Positions 29,197-38,178 are shown, counted from the first letter of the stretch. The stretch is DNA of 44,857 nt from Betaproteobacteria bacterium (GCA_947465215.1 CANHZX010000003.1:1-44857), one strand, 5' to 3'. Made by a program: numbers and translations. The notes: generated by a model from the letters alone, not told the origin.

Positions 29197-30783
29197 TCAG
29201 TGTGCGGGGAAGCGGAATACCGATTTGTCCTGCTCGCCGAGCTGCGCCATCAGTCCGGTTTCCCAGGCCAGATACTGCTTCATGGCTTCGCGATTGCCGG
29301 CGTGACGGTCGTGTACGAAGAACAGGTAATCGATGCATTCGCGATCAGCCGGGATGTCCGCGGAGGACGCTGCTGAATGTCCGGCCTTGGTCCAGGCCGC
29401 AACGCCGCCGTCCAGCAGACGAACGTCCTTGATGCCTGCTTCGTTCAGTTCGCTCGCCGCCAGCCGAGCAACATCGGACTCTGCGGCGACGAGAACGACC
29501 GGTAGTTTCGCTTCTTTGGCGTCTTTTAGTATTCGCGAGCGGATGGTCCAGCGGCTGCCGGGCACATGCGCCTTGCGGTAAGCCATGCTCGGGCCGACAT
29601 CAAAAACCGTGCAGGCTTTGTGCTCGAGCAGTTTTTTCAATTCATCGGCAGTGATAGCCGGGAGAGAAGGCAGAGAAGGCGTTGCAGGCTTGATGCCTTC
29701 AAATCCGGACTGGGTACCGCCATCCAGCACGCAGGCATCGCAGCCCAGTTGCAGCAGCCAGCTGGCTACCACCGGCGCGCGCACCATGTCGCCGCCGTCG
29801 ATCAGCACGATACGGGCATTGCGCACACCCACCCACTGGTCGGTCGCCTGAATCAGCTGGCCACCGGGAGTGTGCTGTGCACCGGTGATGCTGCCTTTGG
29901 CGAATTCCTCCGGGGTTCGTACGTCACAGAGATAGGTTGTGCGTCCCGGTTCCTTGAGCCATGCAGCCACTTCAGATGCGCCGGCAATACGTACATTGAA
30001 TCGCTTCATCAGCGCGCGTGCGGCTTCCTGCTGTGCGGGTAGCTGGGCGGCGTCGATGGTTTCCGGGTACTGGCGCGCCGATCCGTATTCCAGTTGCAGA
30101 TCGGACAGATACCAGCCTTGCGTGCCGTTCTCCAGAGCGTAGACGGGATTCTGCACGCCGAAATTGATCAGGGTCTGCGCACCAAGGATGGAGCGCGTGC
30201 GGCCTGCACAATTAACGATGATTTTGGTTTTGGAATTTTTCACCATGCTGGCGACACGGTACGGCAGTTCCGCGTTCGGGCAGCAGGTGCTGCCGGGGAT
30301 GGTCATCTTGTGATGTTCGTGCACCGGCCTGCCGTCAAACAGCACGAAGTCTTCTCCGGATTCACGCAGGTTCACCAGATCTTTTGCGGTGATGCGCGGC
30401 GTGTTGTAGGCATGTTCGACCATCTCACCGAAGAGCTTGCTGGGCACGTTGACACCTTTGAACAGCACATAACCTGCGGCTTTCCAGCCCTCGGTGCCGC
30501 CTTCAAGGACGGCGAGATCGGTGTAGCCGAGAGCTGCAAGGCGGGCGGCCGCACGCTTTGCGATGCCGGAGCGACCGTCGTCGCAAAATACGATACGAAC
30601 GTCCTTGCGCGGTACCAGTGTCACGATACCCAGCTCCAGCCTGCTGTACGGCAGCGGGGTCGCGAACAGCAGATGATCCTCACCGAATTCGCCGTCTTCG
30701 CGCACATCCAGCAGCGCGATTTCAGCGCCGTCGTGCAAGGCCGCCTGCAGTGCGGCGGGTGTAATCATCTTGGAGTTGGCCAT
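29197..30783 (-). CDS. Multi-domain rhodanese-like sulfurtransferase (four rhodanese repeats)
   Basis: Repeated LLDVRE / FDGRP / CDVRT / FDVGP units with LEGG / LENG / LDGG motifs; NCAGRTRS loop. Confidence 0.88.
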   Translation of the reverse strand: MANSKMITPAALQAALHDGAEIALLDVREDGEFGEDHLLFATPLPYSRLELGIVTLVPRKDVRIVFCDDGRSGIAKRAAARLAALGYTDLAVLEGGTEGWKAAGYVLFKGVNVPSKLFGEMVEHAYNTPRITAKDLVNLRESGEDFVLFDGRPVHEHHKMTIPGSTCCPNAELPYRVASMVKNSKTKIIVNCAGRTRSILGAQTLINFGVQNPVYALENGTQGWYLSDLQLEYGSARQYPETIDAAQLPAQQEAARALMKRFNVRIAGASEVAAWLKEPGRTTYLCDVRTPEEFAKGSITGAQHTPGGQLIQATDQWVGVRNARIVLIDGGDMVRAPVVASWLLQLGCDACVLDGGTQSGFEGIKPATPSLPSLPAITADELKKLLEHKACTVFDVGPSMAYRKAHVPGSRWTIRSRILKDAKEAKLPVVLVAAESDVARLAASELNEAGIKDVRLLDGGVAAWTKAGHSAASSADIPADRECIDYLFFVHDRHAGNREAMKQYLAWETGLMAQLGEQDKSVFRFPAH

Positions 30784-30894
30784 AAAGGCTCCGTGAGCGG
30801 AAAAGAGCGCTGATTATAGCTGCGCGCAAGTGTCGCGAAGATGCAGTGGCTGCGATGGCCGGCGCCGGGAAGTGGCGCCGGATCCCTTCCGGGT

Positions 30895-32322
30895 TTACTT
30901 CTTGTCTCGGGAGACAAATCCGCCGAGCAGGGCAGCCTGGGGACGGTTTACCCGGGAGCGCTGAGGCGGAGATGATGTGGTTGTCGCGCTCGTGGTGCCC
31001 GATGCAGGCTCGTAAGGCTTGCTGAAGTCAAATCCATCTGCGGCCACTTGCGGGCGGGGTTTGGTTGCCGGAATAGCAGCGGCCGTTGCCGGCGCTGTTG
31101 AGCGGCGGGGTTCTTTTTCGCGATCCTCGCGGCGTGGTCGGCTTTCACGACTACGCTCATATTCACGTTCGGCCTCAAGATCAGCAGCGCCTTCCTCGAC
31201 GGATTGGCGCGGAATGGCGCGCTTGAGCAGCTTTTCAATGTCAGCGAGAAGACGCATTTCATCTGGACAGACCAGTGAAATGGCTTCGCCCGGCATTCCG
31301 GCTCGACCGGTGCGGCCGATGCGGTGCACATAATCTTCAGGCGTGTAAGGCAGTTCGTAGTTGATAACGAACGGCAGTTCTTCAATGTCGATGCCGCGTG
31401 CCGCGATGTCAGTAGCTACCAGCACGGTGGAGCGGCCTTCCTTGAAATCGGTGAGTGCCTGTTCGCGTTCGGCCTGAGTGCGGTCGCTGTGGATTGCGGT
31501 GGCATTGATGCCATCTCGCATTAGGTCACGCGCCAGCTTGTTGCAGTCGCGTTTCATGCGCAGGAACACCAGCACCTGCTTCATTTCCCGGCTGCGGATC
31601 AGGTTGGCCAGTACAGCGTGTTTACGCGATGCCGGCGTTTCGAAAACCTGATGCTTGACCAGATCCGCAGGTGCGTTGCGACGTGCGACCTCGATCAGCG
31701 TCGGACTGCGCAGCATCTGGTTGGCGAGTTTCTTGATCTCTTCGGAAAACGTGGCCGAAAACAGCAGGCTTTGGCGCTGGGTTGGCAGCAGCGCCAGAAT
31801 GCGCCTGATGTCGGGCAGGAATCCCATGTCGAGCATGCGGTCGGCTTCATCCATGACCACGATTTCGACCTGGCCAAGCGACACGCTTTTCTGCTGGACG
31901 TGATCAAGCAGGCGGCCCGGCGTGGCGACAAGGATATCCACGCCTTCCCGCAGGATCTTGGTCTGCGGCGGCATGTCGACGCCACCATAAACCACGGTTG
32001 AGCGCAGCTTGAGGAATTTACCGTAGGCCTTGACGCTGTCGCTGACCTGCGCGGCGAGTTCACGCGTTGGCGTGAGTACCAGGGCACGCACCGGATGGCG
32101 TGCCGGTGATGGGCTGCTGTTCGCGTAAGGAGCGAGCAACTGCAGCATCGGCAGCGTAAATCCAGCGGTCTTGCCGGTTCCGGTCTGGGCGCAGCCCATG
32201 ATGTCACGGCGCTCCAGAACAGCCGGTATGGCTTTGGCTTGGATGGGTGTGGGTTCGCTGTAGCCTTCGTCGGCGACGGCTCGCTGCAGCTCGGGTATCA
32301 GGTTCAGATCGGCAAACGACAT
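30895..32322 (-). CDS. rhlE: DEAD-box ATP-dependent RNA helicase (RhlE-like)
   Basis: [40 protein letters not shown]. Confidence 0.88.
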   Translation of the reverse strand: MSFADLNLIPELQRAVADEGYSEPTPIQAKAIPAVLERRDIMGCAQTGTGKTAGFTLPMLQLLAPYANSSPSPARHPVRALVLTPTRELAAQVSDSVKAYGKFLKLRSTVVYGGVDMPPQTKILREGVDILVATPGRLLDHVQQKSVSLGQVEIVVMDEADRMLDMGFLPDIRRILALLPTQRQSLLFSATFSEEIKKLANQMLRSPTLIEVARRNAPADLVKHQVFETPASRKHAVLANLIRSREMKQVLVFLRMKRDCNKLARDLMRDGINATAIHSDRTQAEREQALTDFKEGRSTVLVATDIAARGIDIEELPFVINYELPYTPEDYVHRIGRTGRAGMPGEAISLVCPDEMRLLADIEKLLKRAIPRQSVEEGAADLEAEREYERSRESRPRREDREKEPRRSTAPATAAAIPATKPRPQVAADGFDFSKPYEPASGTTSATTTSSPPQRSRVNRPQAALLGGFVSRDKK

Positions 32323-32459
32323 GGGGCTAACTGGAGTGGCGCAGAGGTAACGCGGACGTCACACTCGCGTAGCACGGCGCAGAGGCGCGGCGCAGAAGAG
32401 AGGGATCGGCAGTGATGCCGGATTCATTGAATGGCTTTGGGGGTAAATCACGCCGCATT

Positions 32460-32488
32460 AGTATAGCCTGACCGCGGCCCCACGGCCA
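32460..32488 (-). promoter_or_regulatory. Putative sigma70 promoter of rhlE (implies ~130-nt leader)
   Basis: Minus strand TGGCCG (32488-32483), 17 nt, TATACT (32465-32460). Confidence 0.45.
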
Positions 32489-32612
32489 GCTACAAGGGTA
32501 AATTGTTCCAAATATTCAAAAATCTGGTAAATTGAAATCGTAATTGCAGCGCTGACGAATTTTTGACTTATCTTTGACCCTAATCTCGCTTTTTGGATGA
32601 AAACTGCCCTCA

Positions 32613-33230
32613 ATGGATGGCGATCTTCCGATTCTGAGTGAGCCGGCAACAGTTAACCTGTTTCCGCTGATCCTGACGTTGGATACCCACGGTATCCCGC
32701 ACCGCTGGATTACCTGGCAGCATGCCTGCTACTACTATTCTAAGAATCAGGTGGCCTGGAGCCTCGGTGAGCGCGCTTTTACCGTTCATGGCGGCCTGAA
32801 CCGAATCACCGGGGAACGATCCACGATCAGCGGTTCCAGCATCATCGCCATCAAGGGCAAGGCGATGGCGATGAAGTCGTTCAACCAGGTACCGCCGCTG
32901 AACAACCGCGAGCTGTTTCACCGTGACCGTCAGATCTGCGCCTACTGCGCGACCAGTTTCTCCGGTGTGAAACTGACCCGCGATCACATCGTGCCGTTTT
33001 CCAAAGGCGGCCGTGATACCTGGATGAATGTGGTCACGGCCTGCCGATCCTGCAATGAGCGCAAGAGCGATCGCACGCCCGAGGGCGCCGGCATGGAGCT
33101 GGTGTATTTGCCCTATGTGCCGAACCGCGCGGAGTATCTCATCCTGACCAACCGGCGCATCCTCGCCGACCAGATGGAATTTCTTGCTCAGCATGTGCCG
33201 GCCCAAAGCCGGCTGCATCAGCCGAGGTAA
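32613..33230 (+). CDS. HNH endonuclease (McrA-like, zinc-binding)
   Basis: RDRQICAYC...LTRDHIVPFSKGGRDTWMNVVTACRSCNERK. Confidence 0.9.
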   Translation: MDGDLPILSEPATVNLFPLILTLDTHGIPHRWITWQHACYYYSKNQVAWSLGERAFTVHGGLNRITGERSTISGSSIIAIKGKAMAMKSFNQVPPLNNRELFHRDRQICAYCATSFSGVKLTRDHIVPFSKGGRDTWMNVVTACRSCNERKSDRTPEGAGMELVYLPYVPNRAEYLILTNRRILADQMEFLAQHVPAQSRLHQPR

Positions 33231-33239
33231 GTTATCCGG

Positions 33240-33791
33240 CTATTTCCGGTTTATTTCCAGCATGGCGGCACGGATTTCTTCCGCGGTCGGGGGCTTGCGT
33301 TCCCTGAAGATCAGCCAAAGAAATGCGCCGTTCACCAGAATGAACGAGATTTCCAGGTAGAGCAGGGTTTCCACGATCACATGCGCGGGCTTTTGCGCGA
33401 AGATAAAAAAGAAACCCTCGAAAGTGGGGATCGTGGCTTTGGTCAGCGCAAATACGGATTCCATTGGCGGAAACAGCAGCATCAACACCAGATTCACGCC
33501 GGTGAACAGCAGTGAAGCATTCTGCAGTCCCAGTCCGCGTTTTTTACTATCGGGTTTGTCAGCCAGCAGCAGCCAGGCAATGGCCAGATTAACCAGCACG
33601 ACAACAATTTCGAGAGCCAGAAGCGGGCCGTTGATTTCGCTCAGCGGCGGTTTGGACAGGATGAAGTAGAACCCGGCGAATACCGGGATGCTGGAAGAGG
33701 CCACCGAATACTGGTCGATGGGCGGAAAGAGGGTGATCAGCAGCAGGTTGGCGACTGCGATGGCGAGCGCAATGCTTTGGGTGCGATTCAT
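33240..33791 (-). CDS. Hypothetical membrane protein with an internal tandem duplication
   Basis: Start MNRTQSIA (183 aa); two similar hydrophobic halves, each NLxLxxLFPP...IPxFxGFxFI...LLxLEI...LVNxA..WL. Confidence 0.75.
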   Translation of the reverse strand: MNRTQSIALAIAVANLLLITLFPPIDQYSVASSSIPVFAGFYFILSKPPLSEINGPLLALEIVVVLVNLAIAWLLLADKPDSKKRGLGLQNASLLFTGVNLVLMLLFPPMESVFALTKATIPTFEGFFFIFAQKPAHVIVETLLYLEISFILVNGAFLWLIFRERKPPTAEEIRAAMLEINRK

Positions 33792-33960
33792 ACCCGCTCG
33801 ATTCCTGTTCTGTTTTGAAGTGTAAGTATAGCCGAATGGTTTCTTCGTTCCTTTGTATCGCAGCCGCAATTCTCGATCTTGTAAAAGATGGTGTGTCCTG
33901 ACACTGCAACAATACCGGCCGCGTCAGCCGATTTTGGTATCATGCTCGGCTTGATTGAGT

Positions 33961-33986
33961 TAATACTTTGATTTTATTAAAATTTT
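33961..33986. promoter_or_regulatory. IHF consensus site immediately upstream of the PHP gene
   Basis: TAATACTTTGATT; reverse complement AATCAA-AGTA-TTA is an exact consensus match. Confidence 0.5.
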
Positions 33987-33987
33987 A

Positions 33988-34815
33988 ATGCGTTTTGATC
34001 TGCACAGTCATTCGACCTGCTCCGACGGATTATTGAGCCCCGCCGAGTTGGTAGAGCGCGCCGTTCAGCGCGGCGTGAATGTTCTTGCACTGACTGACCA
34101 TGATGAAATCAAGGGGCTCGCTGACGCACGTGTAGCGGCAGAGCACTGGGGTCTGCGACTCATCGATGGCGTGGAGATTTCGGTGCTGTGGGAAGAGGTA
34201 ACCCTGCATATCGTCGGATTGAATATCGATACCGGTCACGCCCCGCTGGTGGAAGGACTGGCATCCATACGCAACGGGCGGGAGCAGCGCGCCCGGCGCA
34301 TGGCTGAAAGTCTGGCCGCTGCAGGTATTGACGGTTCGCTGGAAGGCGCACGGCGTTACGCCAAAAATCCCGAATTGGTGAGCCGTTCGCATTTTGCGCG
34401 TTACCTCGTTGAAGCCGGTCATGCGCGGGATACCAATGCGGTGTTCCGCCATTTCCTGACTCCTGGCAAGCCCGGTTATGTGCCGCATCAGTGGGCCACG
34501 CTGGCCGATGCCCTGCAATGGATCAACGGCGGCGGCGGAACGGCCGTGCTGGCGCATCCGGGCCGTTATGATCTTGGCGAGGCCAAGTGCGAGCGTCTGC
34601 TCGGAGAATTCATTTCGCTGGGCGGCACCGCGGTTGAAGTGGTGACCGGTTCGCATGCGCCTTCAGAGTTTGTGACCTGGGCGCGGCATGCGAAAAATTT
34701 CAAATTGCTGGCGTCTGCGGGTTCGGATTTTCACGGCCCGGGAGAGGGCTATCGCGATATCGGCAATGTGCCGGCCTTGCCTTCCGGCTGCGATCCAGTT
34801 TGGGAACGTTTCTGA
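33988..34815 (+). CDS. yciV: PHP-domain protein (YciV/TrpH, RNase AM-like)
   Basis: DLHSHSTCSDG, LTDHD, GVEIS, LAHPGRY, GSDFH; upstream of yciO. Confidence 0.88.
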   Translation: MRFDLHSHSTCSDGLLSPAELVERAVQRGVNVLALTDHDEIKGLADARVAAEHWGLRLIDGVEISVLWEEVTLHIVGLNIDTGHAPLVEGLASIRNGREQRARRMAESLAAAGIDGSLEGARRYAKNPELVSRSHFARYLVEAGHARDTNAVFRHFLTPGKPGYVPHQWATLADALQWINGGGGTAVLAHPGRYDLGEAKCERLLGEFISLGGTAVEVVTGSHAPSEFVTWARHAKNFKLLASAGSDFHGPGEGYRDIGNVPALPSGCDPVWERF

Positions 34816-34842
34816 GCGCATTTTTTAGCGCATCACCTCCGC

Positions 34843-35466
34843 ATGTCGCAGTTCTTTTCCATCCATCCCGAGAATCCGCAGCTTCGGCTGATCAAGCAGG
34901 CTGCGGAGATCATTCGCGCCGGCGGCATCGTCGTCTACCCGACGGATTCCTGCTATGCCCTTGGCTGTCATATCGGCGACAAGGCGGCGATGGAGCGCAT
35001 CCGGCGGATCCGCGGCATTGATGACCGCCACCATCTGACGCTGGTTTGCCGCGATCTCTCGGAACTCGCCTCTTATGCAAGGGTTGATAACCAGCAGTTT
35101 CGTTTGCTGAAGGCTGCTACACCGGGCAGCTATGTGTTCATTCTTGAGGCGACAAGGGAGTTGCCGAAGCGGCTGCAGCATCCGAAGCGGCGAACCATCG
35201 GACTGCGTATCCCCGATCATCCCGTGGTGAATTCGCTGCTTGCTGAGCTTGGCGAACCGATTTTGTCTTCAACCTTGTTGCTACCTGACGATGAACTGCC
35301 ATTGACTGATGCTCACGAAATCCGCGAACGGCTGGAGCATATGGTCGATTTGATACTGGACGGCGGTTCCTGTGGCATTGAGCCCAGCACGGTAGTTGAT
35401 CTGACCGGGCCAACGCCGGTGGTGACCCGAGAAGGCAAGGGCAGTCTGACTCCGTTTGGCCTTTGA
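34843..35466 (+). CDS. yciO: YciO / Sua5-YrdC family protein
   Basis: IHPENPQLRLI, YPTDSCYALGC, TIGLRIPD, PSTVVDL. Confidence 0.9.
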   Translation: MSQFFSIHPENPQLRLIKQAAEIIRAGGIVVYPTDSCYALGCHIGDKAAMERIRRIRGIDDRHHLTLVCRDLSELASYARVDNQQFRLLKAATPGSYVFILEATRELPKRLQHPKRRTIGLRIPDHPVVNSLLAELGEPILSSTLLLPDDELPLTDAHEIRERLEHMVDLILDGGSCGIEPSTVVDLTGPTPVVTREGKGSLTPFGL

Positions 35467-35624
35467 TCGCGTTCAGCATCAGCTCGCAGACGGGCTGCGT
35501 TAAAATCAGTCATCATGCGTATTAGTCTTGAGCGCAAATAACAGCCATATCTTATTGTTTTTATTGAATTTTATGAATCGCGACTCCATGCGTGATTCGA
35601 CTCTTACCCCGGAACCCTTCCTCA

Positions 35625-36830
35625 ATGTTTGATAACCGTGTTCTCTCCGGCATGCGACCGACCGGCGCATTGCATTTTGGCCATTACCACGGCGTGCTGA
35701 AAAACTGGGTCAAGCTGCAGCACGAGCACCAATGTTTGTTTTTCGTCGCCGACTGGCATGCGCTGACAACGCATTACGATGATCCAGCCACCATCGAGAA
35801 TCACGCCTGGGACATGGTAGTGGACTGGCTGGCTGCCGGCGTTGATCCGGCCCAGGCCACGCTGTTCATCCAGTCCAAGGTTCCGGAACACGCCGAACTG
35901 CATCTGCTGCTGTCGATGATCACGCCGCTGTCCTGGCTGGAACGCGTCCCGACCTACAAGGATCAGCAGGAAAAACTCTCAGAGAAGGATCTCGCGACTT
36001 ACGGTTTTCTAGGCTATCCACTGCTGCAAAGTGCCGACATCCTGATTTACCGCGCCAATCTGGTTCCGGTTGGCGAGGATCAGGTGCCGCATGTCGAAAT
36101 CACCCGCGAAATCGCGCGGCGCTTTAACCATGTCTTCGGTCGTGAACCGGGTTTTGAGGAAAAGGCCGAGATCGCGATCAAGAAGCTGGGAGCCAAGCGC
36201 GGCAAGCTGTATCGCAAGCTGCGCACGGATTATCTTGAAAAGGGTGATGGCGAAGCGCTGGCTTCAGCCCGGGCACTGCTGGAAGAAACGCAGAACCTGC
36301 CGCTGGGCGACCGCGAACGCCTGTTCGGATATATCGAAGGTGGCGGCAAGGTCATTCTGACCGAGCCCAAGGCGCTGCTGACCGAAGCCTCGAAAATGCC
36401 CGGTCTCGACGGGCAGAAAATGTCCAAGTCCTACAACAACACCATCGGGCTTCGCGAGACGCCGGAGAACGTTGCCAAAAAAGTCAAAACCATGCCGACT
36501 GATCCGGCGCGCATCAAACGCACCGATCCAGGCGATCCCGCAAAATGCCCGGTCTGGCAGTTGCACCAGATTTACTCCGGTGACGACACCAAAAAATGGG
36601 TGCAGGAGGGCTGTCGCAGCGCCGGTATCGGTTGCATCGAGTGCAAACAACCCGTTATTGACGCGATCGTTGCCGAGCAGAAACCAATGCGTGAGCGCGC
36701 GGAGCGTTATCTGGATGATCCGACACTGGTTCGCAACATCATTGCGGATGGCTGCGAAAAAGCGCGCAAAATGGCACAGGAAACCCTGCGCGATGTTCGC
36801 GAGGTCATGGGGCTGGATTACTCGCTGTAA
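35625..36830 (+). CDS. trpS: Tryptophan--tRNA ligase
   Basis: SGMRPTGALHFGH, YPLLQSADI, VPVGEDQ, KMSKS; start at MFDNRVL. Confidence 0.96.
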   Translation: MFDNRVLSGMRPTGALHFGHYHGVLKNWVKLQHEHQCLFFVADWHALTTHYDDPATIENHAWDMVVDWLAAGVDPAQATLFIQSKVPEHAELHLLLSMITPLSWLERVPTYKDQQEKLSEKDLATYGFLGYPLLQSADILIYRANLVPVGEDQVPHVEITREIARRFNHVFGREPGFEEKAEIAIKKLGAKRGKLYRKLRTDYLEKGDGEALASARALLEETQNLPLGDRERLFGYIEGGGKVILTEPKALLTEASKMPGLDGQKMSKSYNNTIGLRETPENVAKKVKTMPTDPARIKRTDPGDPAKCPVWQLHQIYSGDDTKKWVQEGCRSAGIGCIECKQPVIDAIVAEQKPMRERAERYLDDPTLVRNIIADGCEKARKMAQETLRDVREVMGLDYSL

Positions 36831-36836
36831 GTCGGG

Positions 36837-36857
36837 TGCGCCCGCTCAGCGGGCGCA
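36837..36857. terminator. GC-rich hairpin between convergent trpS and lexA (no U-tract)
   Basis: TGCGCCCGC-TCA-GCGGGCGCA. Confidence 0.45.
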
Positions 36858-36859
36858 GT

Positions 36860-37486
36860 TCAGGACCACTTGCCGTTGCGGATGACGCCGACGGCGATCC
36901 CTTCGATTTCCAACGGATCCCGTTTGAGGTCAATGACGATCGGTTCGAAATCGGGATTCTCTGGGAGGAGTTCCACGACGTTGCGGTTGCGCTGAATGCG
37001 TTTGACGGTCACTTCGTCATGCAGCCTGGCCACCACGATCTGGCCGGAACGGAACTCTGACGTGCGGTGCACGGCCAGCAAATCGCCTTCGAGAATGCCA
37101 ACATCGCGCATGCTCATGCCGCGAACCCGCAGCAGATAATCCGCCGGTGGGTCAAACAGCGCCGGATCGACGCGGCATTGCTGCTCAACATTTTCTTCAG
37201 CCAGCATGGGGCTGCCGGCAGCGACGCGACCGATGACGGGCAGGGTGGAAGGTGCTTCCTGCTGGGTCAGCCGGATGCCGCGCGAAGCGCCTGAGGTCAT
37301 TTCGATAGCACCTTTGCGTTCCAGTGCACGCAAATGGGTTTCTGCAGCATTCGGGGAACTGAAGCCCATGGCGGTGCAGATCTCGGCGCGGGTCGGCGGA
37401 AAACCGGATTCCTCGACGTGGGTTTCAATCATCCGCAGGATTTCGACCTGGCGGGCGGTTAGCGGCTTGTGGTTGTCATCGCTCAT
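36860..37486 (-). CDS. lexA: SOS repressor LexA
   Basis: LTARQ...PPTRAEI, SRGIRL, GRVAAG cleavage site, GMSM (Ser), VTVKR (Lys). Confidence 0.97.
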   Translation of the reverse strand: MSDDNHKPLTARQVEILRMIETHVEESGFPPTRAEICTAMGFSSPNAAETHLRALERKGAIEMTSGASRGIRLTQQEAPSTLPVIGRVAAGSPMLAEENVEQQCRVDPALFDPPADYLLRVRGMSMRDVGILEGDLLAVHRTSEFRSGQIVVARLHDEVTVKRIQRNRNVVELLPENPDFEPIVIDLKRDPLEIEGIAVGVIRNGKWS

Positions 37487-37506
37487 GACTGTAATTATAT
37501 ACAGTC
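37487..37506. promoter_or_regulatory. LexA box (SOS box) overlapping the lexA -10 element
   Basis: GA-CTGT-AATTATAT-ACAG-TC palindrome (CTGT-N8-ACAG); minus-strand TATAAT at 37499-37494 and TTGCAG at 37521-37516. Confidence 0.9.
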
Positions 37507-37566
37507 TTTGAGGCGCTGCAAGTCGGTATTGCAGTGTTGGTGCGGGGCAAGCGCTTGTTGTTTTAT

Positions 37567-37590
37567 TAAATTGTTGATTTTTAATATTAT
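37567..37590. promoter_or_regulatory. IHF consensus site in the lexA/rimP divergent region
   Basis: TAAATTGTTGATT; reverse complement AATCAA-CAAT-TTA is an exact consensus match. Confidence 0.5.
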
Positions 37591-37628
37591 TTCGTATTGC
37601 CTAGGCAAGTAGTCATCACGTAACTACA

Positions 37629-37657
37629 TTGATTGAAAGGCAAAATTTTGTTATAGT
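37629..37657 (+). promoter_or_regulatory. Putative sigma70 promoter of the rimP-nusA-infB operon
   Basis: TTGATT, 17 nt, TATAGT with extended -10 TG at 37649-37650. Confidence 0.6.
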
Positions 37658-37693
37658 TCAAAGTTCTGTAAAACAGTTGGGTGTCACACAGGT

Positions 37694-37715
37694 ATGGGCG
37701 GATCGCCCATTTTTT
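37694..37715 (+). promoter_or_regulatory. rimP leader hairpin (terminator-like attenuator)
   Basis: ATGGGCG-GAT-CGCCCAT-TTTTT about 20 nt before rimP; resembles the widely conserved rimP-leader terminator. Confidence 0.75.
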
Positions 37716-37735
37716 GTTTGTGGCGCCGTTTTGGC

Positions 37736-38164
37736 ATGGATTTGCAAGGTTTACTCGAGAACACGCTGGCAGGACTGGGCTACGAACTGGTGGATCTGGA
37801 ACGATCCCCCAAAGGCGCCCTATTACGTATTTTTATCGACAAACCCGGTGGCATCATGGTTGAAGACTGCGCTTTGGTCAGCAATCACCTGAGCCGCGTG
37901 TTTACGGTAGAAAACGTGGCCTACGACCGCCTGGAAGTGTCATCTCCGGGTCTGGACCGGCCGCTGCGCAAGGCGGAGGATTTTGTGCGTTTCTCCGGTC
38001 AGAAGGCGAAGCTGAAGTTGCGCGTGGCGCTGGAAGGCCAGCGTAATTTTGTCGGCGTGATACTCGGGTGCGAAGCAGGCAAGGTAGGTATCGAGGTTGA
38101 CGGACGTGTGTTGTCGGTCGACTTGGGCAATCTGGATAAAGCGCGGCTGATGCCGGCGTTTTAA
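37736..38164 (+). CDS. rimP: Ribosome maturation factor RimP
   Basis: [33 protein letters not shown]. Confidence 0.96.
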   Translation: MDLQGLLENTLAGLGYELVDLERSPKGALLRIFIDKPGGIMVEDCALVSNHLSRVFTVENVAYDRLEVSSPGLDRPLRKAEDFVRFSGQKAKLKLRVALEGQRNFVGVILGCEAGKVGIEVDGRVLSVDLGNLDKARLMPAF

Positions 38165-38178
38165 GCGGGAGACGGATC

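Noticed and set aside
32323-33240. HNH gene as an RNA-guided (IscB/HEARO-like) or mobile element
   Set aside because: No RuvC motifs, terminal repeats or sizeable structured RNA on the HNH strand; the upstream DNA is accounted for by the rhlE leader and promoters
37506-37735. Possible tRNA-Met upstream of rimP, as in E. coli metY
   Set aside because: No cloverleaf or T-loop GTTC motif in a suitable stem; the region is AT-rich promoter DNA
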